From: Candidatus Woesearchaeota archaeon | Lineage (GTDB): Archaea; Nanobdellota; Nanobdellia; SCGC-AAA011-G17; JACPIM01 | Direction of reading: 5' to 3' | NCBI GenBank assembly: GCA_016188045.1 | Contig: JACPIM010000004.1 | Location: 8,493 to 72,492 of the forward strand | DNA: 64,000 nt | Position numbers and translations under genes: made by a program | Part shown: in pieces, positions 55,878 through 64,000 of the stretch | How the letters are laid out: the number at the start of each line of letters is the position of its first letter | Numbering within the stretch: position 1 is the stretch's first letter | The notes under the pieces: model-generated | What the model was told of the DNA's origin: nothing | Seen by the model: only the letters and a program-made list of their open reading frames with translations | Database searches by the model: none

Positions 55878-57641
55878 GTGCTTATTATGAAAAGATTAGC
55901 AATAATTGATAAAAACAAATGCCACCCGGATAAATGTGGCAATTACTGGTGTATTTCAGTTTGTCCGGTTAATAGAGCAAATAAAGAATGTATAATTATA
56001 GCAGAAGACAAAAAAGCAGCGATTATAGAGGAAGCCTGTATAGGTTGTGGTCTTTGTTTAAAGTGTCCTTTTGATGCAATTCAAATAGTAAATCTGCCAG
56101 AAAAACTAAAACAAGATCCAATTCATAGGTATGGCCAGAATATGTTTGAGTTATTTAGCTTGCCAATTCCAAAACAAAACACAGTAGTTGGAATTCTAGG
56201 AAGAAATGGCATAGGTAAATCAACAGCATTACAAATATTTGCAAATCAAATTACTCCAAATTTGGGCAATTATGACAAAGAACCAGAAAATAAGATTACA
56301 GAAAGATATTCAAAGTCTTTTCTAGGCGATTATTTCAAAAAATTATATAATAACCAAATAAAAATATCATACAAGCCACAAAGAATTGAATTGCTACCAA
56401 AAATCTACAAAGGAAAAGTTATTGATTTAATCAAAAAAATAGATGAAAAAAACATCTCAGATAAATTAATCAAAGAATTGGAACTAACTAATGTAATTAA
56501 CAGAAACATAGACGAATTATCGGGCGGTGAATTGCAAAGACTAGCTATTTTGGCTTCTTTATCAAAAAAGGCAGAATTAATAATCCTAGATGAACCCTGT
56601 GCTTTCCTTGATATTCCTCAAAGAATAAAAGTAGCTAAATTAATAAGAAAATTATCAGAAAATACTTCAATTTTGGTAGTTGAGCACGATTTAGCAATCT
56701 TAGACTATATTTCAGATGAAATCCAGATTTTCTATGGTGAACAAGCGGCTTATGGTATAGTTTCCCAGTCAAAAACAGTAAAACGCGGTATTAACGAATA
56801 TTTAGATGGTTTCCTACCAGATGATAATGTAAGATTCAGAAATTACCAGATAAGATTCACAAAATCACACGAAGAGAGAACAGTAAAACAAGAAATAATC
56901 CTAGAATATCCAGAAATAACAAAAACCTTCAAGGACTTTAAATTAAATATTTCAAAGGGAGAAGTAAAAAAAAGGCAAATTCTAGGAATAATGGGACAAA
57001 ATGGTCTTGGAAAATCAACTTTCTTAAAGATTTTATCAGGACAACTAGAAGCAGATAAGGGAAAGTTAGAAAATACTTCAATAAGTCTAAAACCTCAACA
57101 ATTAACTATGTTTAAAGGCACAGTTGAGGAATTTTTATCTTTAGACAATGAATCATATTCTTCAAGCTGGTTCCAGTCAAATATAGAGAAATTGGGTTTA
57201 AATAGATTAAAAAATAATAAAGCAAATGAGCTTTCTGGCGGAGAACTGCAAAAAGTTCATATTATGAAATGTTTAAGCAAAGATGCTAGAATATTTGCTT
57301 TAGATGAGCCTTCTGCTTTCATAGATGTTGAAGACAGACTAAATGTTTCTAAAGTAATAAAAGATTTTATAAAGCAAAAAGATATTTGCGCTTTAGTAGT
57401 AGATCATGACTTCCAGTTTATGGATTATTTATCTGATTCCATATTGATTTTTGAAGGAATTCCCGGAAAATCAGGAAAAGTAGATAAACCACTAAAGAAA
57501 GAAGAAGGGATGAATAAAATTCTGAAAATTCTAGATATTACCTACAGAAAAGACCAAGAAACAGGAAGAGCCAGGATAAACAAACCAAATTCTCAAAAAG
57601 ATATTCAACAAAAAAAAGATAATGTTTATTATGAACTATAA
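55878..57641 (+). CDS. ABCE1 (RNase L inhibitor, ribosome-recycling ATPase)
   Basis: N-terminal double 4Fe-4S ferredoxin (CHPDKCGNYWCISVCP, CIGCGLCLKCP), then two ABC domains (GRNGIGKST, LSGGELQR, LDEPCAFLD; GQNGLGKST, LSGGELQK, LDEPSAFID). Confidence 0.9.
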   Translation: MLIMKRLAIIDKNKCHPDKCGNYWCISVCPVNRANKECIIIAEDKKAAIIEEACIGCGLCLKCPFDAIQIVNLPEKLKQDPIHRYGQNMFELFSLPIPKQNTVVGILGRNGIGKSTALQIFANQITPNLGNYDKEPENKITERYSKSFLGDYFKKLYNNQIKISYKPQRIELLPKIYKGKVIDLIKKIDEKNISDKLIKELELTNVINRNIDELSGGELQRLAILASLSKKAELIILDEPCAFLDIPQRIKVAKLIRKLSENTSILVVEHDLAILDYISDEIQIFYGEQAAYGIVSQSKTVKRGINEYLDGFLPDDNVRFRNYQIRFTKSHEERTVKQEIILEYPEITKTFKDFKLNISKGEVKKRQILGIMGQNGLGKSTFLKILSGQLEADKGKLENTSISLKPQQLTMFKGTVEEFLSLDNESYSSSWFQSNIEKLGLNRLKNNKANELSGGELQKVHIMKCLSKDARIFALDEPSAFIDVEDRLNVSKVIKDFIKQKDICALVVDHDFQFMDYLSDSILIFEGIPGKSGKVDKPLKKEEGMNKILKILDITYRKDQETGRARINKPNSQKDIQQKKDNVYYEL

Positions 57642-57675
57642 AAAATAAAAAAATAAAATTTTCTAATTTACCTAA

Positions 57676-58395
57676 TCAGTATAGCCATAAACAAACACCA
57701 TTTTTACAACCACCCTTGCAATTATAAGTAATACTTCCGCTCTCTTCTGGTGTTTGGCAATAATATTCCATTAAGTTCTTATCATCAATACACCTATCGG
57801 GTTTACAAAAATCACCAACACAGGTCTTTCCTAAGGTGTAATAATTCTTCCCATCAGGAATGTTCTTAGTCACATCGCTATCGGTACATTTTGGGGTAGG
57901 TACTTCTTGTACACAAGGCACTGGACTATTAAATAAAATACCTTTATTATCAACACAAACATAATTTGTCCCTTCTCCTGCTAGATCTTTTGCTTGAAAA
58001 GCTTTTGCTTCGCAAACACTATCACCATCACAGGAATTGGCTTTTATTTCAGTAGTCGGAGGAACCGAACATACAAATAACACTTTTTCATCTTTGCCAT
58101 CAATAACAGTAGTTACATAACCTCCACAAGAACTTTTCCATGTTATTTTTTCCCCATATGAACCTGAAACCGTAACATCACAAAAAGATTGTCCTTTACA
58201 AGACCATTTTTCTGAATCTGAATAACAATTTTCTACATTATTTGAACCACTAAATGAACACCTAACAGTTTCTTTAACCAGTTTCTTATATATTTGAGCA
58301 CCACTTATTCCATTGCCTCCAAGCAATAAAATCCCAACAACACCAATAACAAGAACAACTAAAACAGTATTCCAATCTGCTTTATTTTTAGCCAT
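57676..58395 (-). CDS. Cys-rich secreted or membrane-anchored protein
   Basis: N-terminal TM/signal (WNTVLVVLVIGVVGILLLGG); more than 20 Cys. Confidence 0.5.
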   Translation of the reverse strand: MAKNKADWNTVLVVLVIGVVGILLLGGNGISGAQIYKKLVKETVRCSFSGSNNVENCYSDSEKWSCKGQSFCDVTVSGSYGEKITWKSSCGGYVTTVIDGKDEKVLFVCSVPPTTEIKANSCDGDSVCEAKAFQAKDLAGEGTNYVCVDNKGILFNSPVPCVQEVPTPKCTDSDVTKNIPDGKNYYTLGKTCVGDFCKPDRCIDDKNLMEYYCQTPEESGSITYNCKGGCKNGVCLWLY

Positions 58396-58554
58396 TAAAT
58401 CACCTTCTTTTTTTAATCATTAAAATATTATTTAATTCATAATTAATCATAGGATATATATATATTGTACAACGATAAAGTAGTGATTATCAAAAAAATA
58501 CTAAAAAAACAAACAGAAAATAATATAATAGAAGTAAACAGATAATAACAATAT

Positions 58555-58728
58555 ATGGGCAAAATAATAAAATCGAGAGTAAGTTTCGCTTTTGATATAT
58601 CTGGAATAGTTTTAATAGGAATCGCTATTGTTATAGTAAAACTTTCAACTAATCCGCTAGTTGAAATACTTGCCGGTGTTTTAGCAACTATCGGTTTTGG
58701 ATTAATAGCGGGAGCAAAATATGTCTGA
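58555..58728 (+). CDS. small membrane protein (57 aa)
   Basis: Hand translation MGKIIKSRVSFAFDISGIVLIGIAIVIVKL...; coupled by ATGTCTGA overlap to the next small ORF. Preferred over the antisense ORF-track entry 58443..58769. Confidence 0.3.
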   Translation: MGKIIKSRVSFAFDISGIVLIGIAIVIVKLSTNPLVEILAGVLATIGFGLIAGAKYV

Positions 58729-58855
58729 AATAATAAGTGTTCAATCTTGGATTTTATTACTAGAAACAATTATATTACTCATATCATCCAAAAAAAAGAT
58801 ATTATTTTTCTTCTTACTGGCTTTATTTAGTGTAATAGTTTTTTACTTTTTATAA
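58721..58855 (+). CDS. small membrane protein (44 aa)
   Basis: MSEIISVQSWILLLETIILLISSKKKILFFFLLALFSVIVFYFL. Confidence 0.25.
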   Translation: MSEIISVQSWILLLETIILLISSKKKILFFFLLALFSVIVFYFL

Positions 58856-58868
58856 AAAAGAAAGCTGG

Positions 58869-59339
58869 CTAGTAAATATCAACACATCTTCCATCCATAC
58901 ATTTCTGTGTATAAGAACAGGCAAAGTTAGACTCCTGCATGGTTTTTTCAGCACACCAAAATTCATGTACTAAACTTCCTGCTTTTCCTTCTTCTAAACA
59001 ATAATCTTTTTCAGTTCTCTCTGATACAACACCAGAATTTCTATATGTAACACTTCCTTGAATTAAAGTAGATAATCCATCAGTATCTATACAAGTATAA
59101 TCTTTAGATGCATTACCAGTGGTATTAAAACTATTCCCTATAAGCAATAAAGCAAAAATGGCACCTACAAATAGCAATACCTCTTTTTTTTCTACTCCCA
59201 TAATATTTTTTAATTCAAACTTCTTTTTATACTTTTCTATCAGCCTTTTTTCAAAATAACCTAAAAAAAGTATTAATTTTTCACTAGTGATACCCCTTTT
59301 CTGTTCTAAAAAATATAATTTAAAATTATGGTGTTGCAA
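58869..59339 (-). CDS. Cys-rich secreted protein
   Basis: Internal hydrophobic signal/anchor (VLLFVGAIFALLLIG), 8 Cys. Confidence 0.45.
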   Translation of the reverse strand: MQHHNFKLYFLEQKRGITSEKLILFLGYFEKRLIEKYKKKFELKNIMGVEKKEVLLFVGAIFALLLIGNSFNTTGNASKDYTCIDTDGLSTLIQGSVTYRNSGVVSERTEKDYCLEEGKAGSLVHEFWCAEKTMQESNFACSYTQKCMDGRCVDIY

Positions 59340-59467
59340 TCAACAAATGTTTATATATCATTTAGTTTCCTAATATAGTAAGAGGTGTAAAAAATGATTT
59401 CTTATGAAGAAAGCAAAAAAAACAAAACTTTATTTGAGTCTCTAGATTTAGAAGAAATAGAGCATAA

Positions 59468-60385
59468 TTAAACTCTTTCTTTCAAACTTGCATAAATTAA
59501 AGGTAAAACAACAGTAGTATCGGCATAAACATCAACAAATTCTCCATCTTTATCCATTTTACCCCAACTAATTCCCTCTTTCAAACTAGCTCCGCTACTT
59601 CCGCCATATTCAGCCCTGTCAGTTGTTATTTGAACACCATAACTCGCACTTTTAGGAGAAAATTGCATGGCCTGTTGTATATAATTTTTAGGAACCCCCC
59701 CACCAAGATAAACAACCCCTGCTTTTTTACAAGTCCAAGCTATGTCTACTATCTCTTTCAAATCTTCAAATAATTTAATCTCCATTTTCTTTCCTTTCAT
59801 TAACCTACCCCAAATCATCAAACCAATTCCAGAATCTTCCAAAGCAGGACAAAATATAGGTATCTTATTCAAGTAAGCTTGTCTCAAGATAGAATTATCA
59901 TCTTTTATATTGCTTCCAACTAACCATAGTAACTCTCTAACAGTTTTAGCTTTTGAAAATTCATCAAAGTTTTCTTCAAAAAAATCTTCCATTCCTTCAT
60001 AAACCTTATTATCCATTAAGCTATTATACATCCTGTCTAATCCTTTTTTGTTTAATTCTTTATCATCCATGTCCTCATGTCCTTGTAAATGATTATAGCC
60101 TAAGGCTTCAGCTAAATCATGAGTTAAACTTGCCCCAGTACAAACAAAAACACTAATAAGTTTATTTCTTAAAATATCACTCAAGATATTTCTCATCCCG
60201 CCAGGAATTAAAGCACCAGCTTGTCCTAAAAAGATTTTGCAATTTTTATCTTTAATCATTTTTTCTAAAATATCCACTGCTTTACCTACTCTAGAACCCT
60301 GCATAACTCCTGTTTTTCCCATTTCTCTAACTAATTCATCAACTTTCATTCCTTTTTTTATTTTAATTTGCTCTACTTTTTTCAT
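59468..60385 (-). CDS. dys: deoxyhypusine synthase
   Basis: Family-wide similarity by eye (GASLTHD, GGGVPKNY, NAD-binding pattern); about 305 aa, typical archaeal size. Confidence 0.8.
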   Translation of the reverse strand: MKKVEQIKIKKGMKVDELVREMGKTGVMQGSRVGKAVDILEKMIKDKNCKIFLGQAGALIPGGMRNILSDILRNKLISVFVCTGASLTHDLAEALGYNHLQGHEDMDDKELNKKGLDRMYNSLMDNKVYEGMEDFFEENFDEFSKAKTVRELLWLVGSNIKDDNSILRQAYLNKIPIFCPALEDSGIGLMIWGRLMKGKKMEIKLFEDLKEIVDIAWTCKKAGVVYLGGGVPKNYIQQAMQFSPKSASYGVQITTDRAEYGGSSGASLKEGISWGKMDKDGEFVDVYADTTVVLPLIYASLKERV

Positions 60386-60408
60386 AATCTATATACTCTA
60401 GAATATAG

Positions 60409-60422
60409 TTTATAAATCTTTA
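60409..60422 (+). repeat. 14-bp perfect direct repeat tttataaatcttta (copy 1)
   Basis: Identical to 60896..60909; the pair brackets hicAB. Confidence 0.6.
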
Positions 60423-60432
60423 GATTATCAAC

Positions 60433-60660
60433 TTAAATGTTTCTAAGAAATTCCTCTCTTGTCATTCTAAGATCTTTCTTTATTATTTTATTTAAAAGAC
60501 CAGGACCTATTTCTTCACCACCATAATATGGAATAGTAGTTTTTCTTCCGTCTGGATGTTTGTAAATCATATGACTTCCAGTTATATGGCTATAAACAAA
60601 ACCAAGTTTACTAATAATCTTGCCCAATTCTTTTCCTGTTAGCTTAGGCAACTTTGCCAA
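60433..60660 (-). CDS. hicA: HicA-family toxin
   Basis: LGFVYSHITGSHMIYKHPDGRKTTIPY matches the HicA/YcfA-like core. Confidence 0.75.
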   Translation of the reverse strand: MAKLPKLTGKELGKIISKLGFVYSHITGSHMIYKHPDGRKTTIPYYGGEEIGPGLLNKIIKKDLRMTREEFLRNI

Positions 60661-60664
60661 AGAA

Positions 60665-60874
60665 TTACACCTCTATCTGTTGTATGCCTACAAATTCTTC
60701 ATTTATTTCTGGTTCTTCTTCTGTTTCTAAATAAGCCTTAATAGCTTCTTTTGTTCTTTCTACTAATTGATCTATAGTTTTGCCTTGTGTGTGGCATCCC
60801 GGAAGCTCTACTACTTCAGAAACATACCATCCTTCTTCATCTTTTTCTATAATAATATTATATCTTCTTTTCAT
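60665..60874 (-). CDS. hicB: HicB-family antitoxin (UPF0150)
   Basis: EKDEEGWYVSEVVELPGCHTQGKTIDQLVERTKEAI matches HicB. Confidence 0.75.
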   Translation of the reverse strand: MKRRYNIIIEKDEEGWYVSEVVELPGCHTQGKTIDQLVERTKEAIKAYLETEEEPEINEEFVGIQQIEV

Positions 60875-60895
60875 ACTGCCTATAGCCGCCCCTTA

Positions 60896-60909
60896 TTTAT
60901 AAATCTTTA
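60896..60909 (+). repeat. 14-bp perfect direct repeat tttataaatcttta (copy 2, ends on the argS stop codon)
   Basis: Includes tta, the reverse complement of the argS TAA stop, at 60907-60909. Confidence 0.6.
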
Positions 60910-62523
60910 CATCTCTTCCATAACTTCAATTCCTAATAACCATAAAGAAGATTTCATTACTATCAAAAAGGCCTTTACAATAGCTAATCTTTGTCCTTCT
61001 TCAGCACTACCTATCACAGGACATAAATGATAGAATTCATTAAAAATTTGAGCTAACTGGAAAGAGTAATTAGCAATCAAAGAAGGATTTAATGAACTAC
61101 TCGCTTGTTCAACCACAACCTTAAATTCATCTAATTTTTTAATTAATTCAATCTCTTTTTCTTTCAATCCAACAATTTTAAAATTACTTTTTTTCCTAGC
61201 TTTTTTTAAAATACTAGCTGCTCTAACATAGCTATACTGCAAATAAGGCCCCGAATTGCCTTCAAAGCTTAAAGCTTGCTCCAAATCAAATATTATGTTC
61301 TTATTATTTTCATTCCTTAACATAGCATATTTTATAGCACCAATTCCTATTTTTTTCTTATCTCCTTTAGTTTTTCTTTTCTCAATTTCTTTTTCAGCTT
61401 TCTTAACAGCCTCCCCTATAAATTCATCCAATAAAACAACTTCTCCACGCCTAGTAGACATTTTTCCAACATCTTTCAATAAAACAAAAGAATAATGAAC
61501 AACTTCTGGGTACGATCTTTTTAATGAAATCAAAGCCTGTTTCAATTGTTCAAAATAAAGTTTCTGATCTTCACCTAAAACAATAACGTTTTTACCTTTT
61601 TTACATTTATATAGTGTATAAGCCAAATCCCTTAAAGGATATAATCCAGTTCCGTCATTTCTAGTTAAAACTAAAACAGGAGATTTCATTTTAACTTCTA
61701 ATCTGGTTCCAGATTGATCTAAAACCATTCTACCTTCTTCATCCTTAAACAATTTACCTGTTTTTTCAAGTTGTTTTAATACTTCTCTACTAGAATTAAT
61801 ATAATCAGATTCATAATCAAAATAATCGAAATTAATGCCTATAGATGAAAATATTTTCTTTTGTCCTTTCACAGCAATATCAACTATTTTTCTAAATAAC
61901 GCAACGGTTTTTTTATCTTTTTTCTCAAATTTATTTAAAAGTTCAAAAACTTTTTTTTCTAATTCTGGGTTTTCTTCAATTTTCTTGCTTACCTCAACAT
62001 ATATTCTTAATAGATCATTAAAATCATTTTTAGAATTAAAATTCAAAGCCAAGATAGCTATCTGCTTGCTTACATCATTTACATAATAATGGGTTTCTAT
62101 TTTATATCCATTAAATTCCAAAATTCTCTTTATAGAATCTCCAATAATAGAATTTCTTGCCCGACCAACATGAGGAGAAGCATTTGGATTTACACTGGTA
62201 TGCTCTAAGATTATTTTTCCTTTCTTTTTTGTTAAACCTTTTGTATTTAAAATCCCCTTTATTACCCATAAGGCAAATACTTCTTTATCAATAAAAAAGT
62301 TCAAATATGGCCCTTTATTCTCAACTCTAAAATTTTTATTTATTATTTTCTCGCTTAATTCTTTAGCTATTTTATTAGGGTCCTTTTTAAATTCTTTAGC
62401 CAATTCAAAACAGGGAAAGGAATAGTCTCCTAATCTACTATCGGGAGGAATCTCTAATTTAACCCCTTTCTTAAGAATTTTCTTTAATTCTTTTTTAATC
62501 TCTATTTCAAAATCCATAAACAA
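60907..62523 (-). CDS. argS: arginine--tRNA ligase
   Basis: Class I HIGH-region variant HTSVNPNASPHVGRARNSIIGDSIKRIL; C-terminal DALR-type anticodon-binding helices. Confidence 0.85.
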   Translation of the reverse strand: MFMDFEIEIKKELKKILKKGVKLEIPPDSRLGDYSFPCFELAKEFKKDPNKIAKELSEKIINKNFRVENKGPYLNFFIDKEVFALWVIKGILNTKGLTKKKGKIILEHTSVNPNASPHVGRARNSIIGDSIKRILEFNGYKIETHYYVNDVSKQIAILALNFNSKNDFNDLLRIYVEVSKKIEENPELEKKVFELLNKFEKKDKKTVALFRKIVDIAVKGQKKIFSSIGINFDYFDYESDYINSSREVLKQLEKTGKLFKDEEGRMVLDQSGTRLEVKMKSPVLVLTRNDGTGLYPLRDLAYTLYKCKKGKNVIVLGEDQKLYFEQLKQALISLKRSYPEVVHYSFVLLKDVGKMSTRRGEVVLLDEFIGEAVKKAEKEIEKRKTKGDKKKIGIGAIKYAMLRNENNKNIIFDLEQALSFEGNSGPYLQYSYVRAASILKKARKKSNFKIVGLKEKEIELIKKLDEFKVVVEQASSSLNPSLIANYSFQLAQIFNEFYHLCPVIGSAEEGQRLAIVKAFLIVMKSSLWLLGIEVMEEM

Positions 62524-62582
62524 ATAAAAAGAATAAATCTATATAAACCTTATTAAATCATAAATAAAAAAATAAAAGAGTT

Positions 62583-63434
62583 TTATCCTGTTAAATTACC
62601 AGTTGAATTTTTAGGGATTAGCAAAGCACTTACTTGGCTTGTAATGTTTACATAAACAGTCACATTCTTTGTGTAATCATAGTAACCAGTTTTATTTAAT
62701 TTTATGTTATGCAACCCTGTAGCTATATTAGTCAGTATTCTATTAGTTGTTCCTTTATATAAATTATCTAAGTAGATATTAGCGCCTTTTGGGATTGAAG
62801 TTATATTAATACTCCCTTTATTGGGCTGTAGTATTGCATTTACATAATTAGTTTGCCCGCTATAAATCCACACACTTGCTGTCCAATCAACGTAACCAGA
62901 TTTAGTTAATTTCAAAGAATAACTCTTAGGAGCTAATCCTTTTATTGTTGTATTAGTTTTAGCTTTATATACGCCATCCAAGTATACACTAGCCCCAGTT
63001 GGTTTAGATGAAACATATAAGTTACCTGTTTGATTTAAAGGCAGAGTTGTACTTGAAGTTAGTGCTGTAGTGCTAGTAGTTAATACAGTGGTCGTAGTAG
63101 TTGTTGTATTAGTCATACACGCCCCGTCATAACAATTCCCACTAGGGCAATTATAATAAGCAGTTTGTACTGCACTATTAGAACAATATCTCTCTGCAAC
63201 ATTAATACTGCTAGTACAATAGTCCCAGTAAGTTAAATTATTCCAATATACGTTTCCTTTAAGATTATAATTCAACCCACCATCACTATCAGTACATGTA
63301 GTATTTGTTTGATTTGAGATAGAATAACCTGATATTAGTTTACCACCACCAGAACCCATAATATAACCCACAGCCAAAACAACAAGAACACCAACAAAAA
63401 AATATGAAATAGTTTTATTATTAAACTCAACCAA
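62583..63434 (-). CDS. cell-surface protein with Thr-rich linker and two PEGA domains
   Basis: N-terminal TM/signal; TTTTTTTVLTTSTTALTSSTT linker; two PEGA-like units (PTGASVYLDGVYKAKTNTTIKGLAPKSYSLKLTKSGYVDW and PKGANIYLDNLYKGTTNRIL...GLHNIKLNKTGYYDY). Confidence 0.55.
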   Translation of the reverse strand: MVEFNNKTISYFFVGVLVVLAVGYIMGSGGGKLISGYSISNQTNTTCTDSDGGLNYNLKGNVYWNNLTYWDYCTSSINVAERYCSNSAVQTAYYNCPSGNCYDGACMTNTTTTTTTVLTTSTTALTSSTTLPLNQTGNLYVSSKPTGASVYLDGVYKAKTNTTIKGLAPKSYSLKLTKSGYVDWTASVWIYSGQTNYVNAILQPNKGSINITSIPKGANIYLDNLYKGTTNRILTNIATGLHNIKLNKTGYYDYTKNVTVYVNITSQVSALLIPKNSTGNLTG

Positions 63435-63596
63435 TCAAATCACCATCCTTTTATTTTTTGAAAAATTACAAATTAATAATTAATTAAAGAATATATATAT
63501 ATTGTACAACAAAGAAGTAGTGAATACAAGGAGTATTACCATTACAAAAAAAACAAAATAGAAATATTTATATAGTAATGTAATGGTAGTTAATCT

Positions 63597-64000
63597 ATGA
63601 GAATAATAAAAAGAAAAAAAGGAAATAGAGAATTTTATTATCTACAACATTCTTTTAGAAAAGATAAAAAAGTAATAACCAAAGAAAGATACCTTGGCAA
63701 AAGCATACCTAAAAACATTGAAAAATTAAAAGAACAGCTTAAAAAAGAATACAAAAATGAGATATATGAAAAATTAGAGAAGATAAGAGAAAATTTTCAA
63801 AAAGAATGGAATAAAATACCTAAAACAGTTCAAGAAAAAGAAAAAGAAGAGATAGCTATTGCATTTACGTATAATACTAACGCTATTGAAGGCTCAACTA
63901 TAACGCTCGATGAGGCCAGAGAGATTATTCATGACAAAATAGCTCCAAATAAGTCATTAAGAGATATCAGAGAAACAGAAGTACACAATAGAGTTTTTTT
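63597..64000 (+). CDS. Fic/DOC-family protein, N-terminal part (runs off window end)
   Basis: Open frame from ATG 63597 to the window end; YNTNAIEGSTITLDEAREI resembles the Fic N-terminal motif. Confidence 0.5.
   Translation, partial: MRIIKRKKGNREFYYLQHSFRKDKKVITKERYLGKSIPKNIEKLKEQLKKEYKNEIYEKLEKIRENFQKEWNKIPKTVQEKEKEEIAIAFTYNTNAIEGSTITLDEAREIIHDKIAPNKSLRDIRETEVHNRVF

Noticed and set aside
58443-58769. Minus-strand 108-aa ORF in the Cys-rich protein cluster
   Set aside because: Featureless translation; the plus strand holds two translationally coupled small TM ORFs that look more gene-like.
62880-63130. Thr-rich run in the PEGA surface protein as a possible tandem repeat
   Set aside because: Compositional low complexity (ACN codons) coding for a glycosylation-type linker, not a structured DNA repeat.
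1-64000. CRISPR arrays, rRNA genes, transposases or integrases
   Set aside because: No repeat-spacer periodicity, no rRNA-like conserved stretches, and no DDE or tyrosine-recombinase-like ORFs were seen. The mobile-looking cassettes lack their own recombinase.

Overview
AT-rich, gene-dense archaeal contig with genes on both strands, short intergenic spacers and frequent 1-4 nt start/stop overlaps. Archaeal hallmarks are present throughout: class-III (prepilin-type) signal peptides on a pilin family, ABCE1, deoxyhypusine synthase, TrmY, archaeal-type class I FBA and short TIM, an RtcB-archease pair, intron-containing tRNAs, and two LAGLIDADG inteins. Together with small proteins, many surface/secreted proteins and bacterial-type acquisitions, this suggests a small-genome DPANN-like archaeon, though that placement is inference. 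Content from start to end: a pterin-4a-carbinolamine dehydratase and a short AlaRS; TrmY, a blue-copper lipoprotein, and an intein-containing SMC; a visibly G+C-richer 3-gene islet; an acidic surface protein; tRNA-Trp next to a UPF0175/DUF3368-like pair; a small GTPase; rtcB interrupted by a 29-nt BHB-like insert, then archease; a DUF433/DUF5615 toxin-antitoxin cassette bounded by a 98-bp duplication of the archease 3' end; a complete type-IV-pilus locus with a FlaI/TadA-like ATPase carrying a second intein, split TadB/TadC-like platform proteins, a FlaF/G-like protein, six class-III-signal pilins and a divergent wHTH regulator; tRNA-Thr (12-nt intron) and tRNA-Leu(UAA) with two introns; a lower-glycolysis block (class-I GAPDH, PGK, PfkB kinase, archaeal FBA, TIM, 2-hydroxyacid dehydrogenase), a PIG-L deacetylase and a GT4 glycosyltransferase; a tandem Lrp-like regulator; VapBC, a GDE-like glycosidase, RHH-MazF and two MgtE-domain membrane proteins; a mannoside/sugar block (cupin, ROK kinase, GH130, GHMP kinase, GT4 fusion); a TMK-like/Nudix/MazG-like/Zn-ribbon nucleotide operon; a TrmB-like regulator, DUF1385 and ABCE1; Cys-rich secreted proteins; deoxyhypusine synthase, HicAB, ArgRS, a PEGA surface protein and the start of a Fic-like gene. 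The most notable signal is a recurring architecture in which small toxin-antitoxin cassettes sit immediately downstream of a gene and are bounded by a duplicated, diverged but still coding copy of that gene's 3' end, a Campbell-type integration footprint with no integrase in view. Also notable are the BHB-like insert in rtcB and a multi-intron tRNA-Leu whose D-arm intron repeats a pilin leader sequence.
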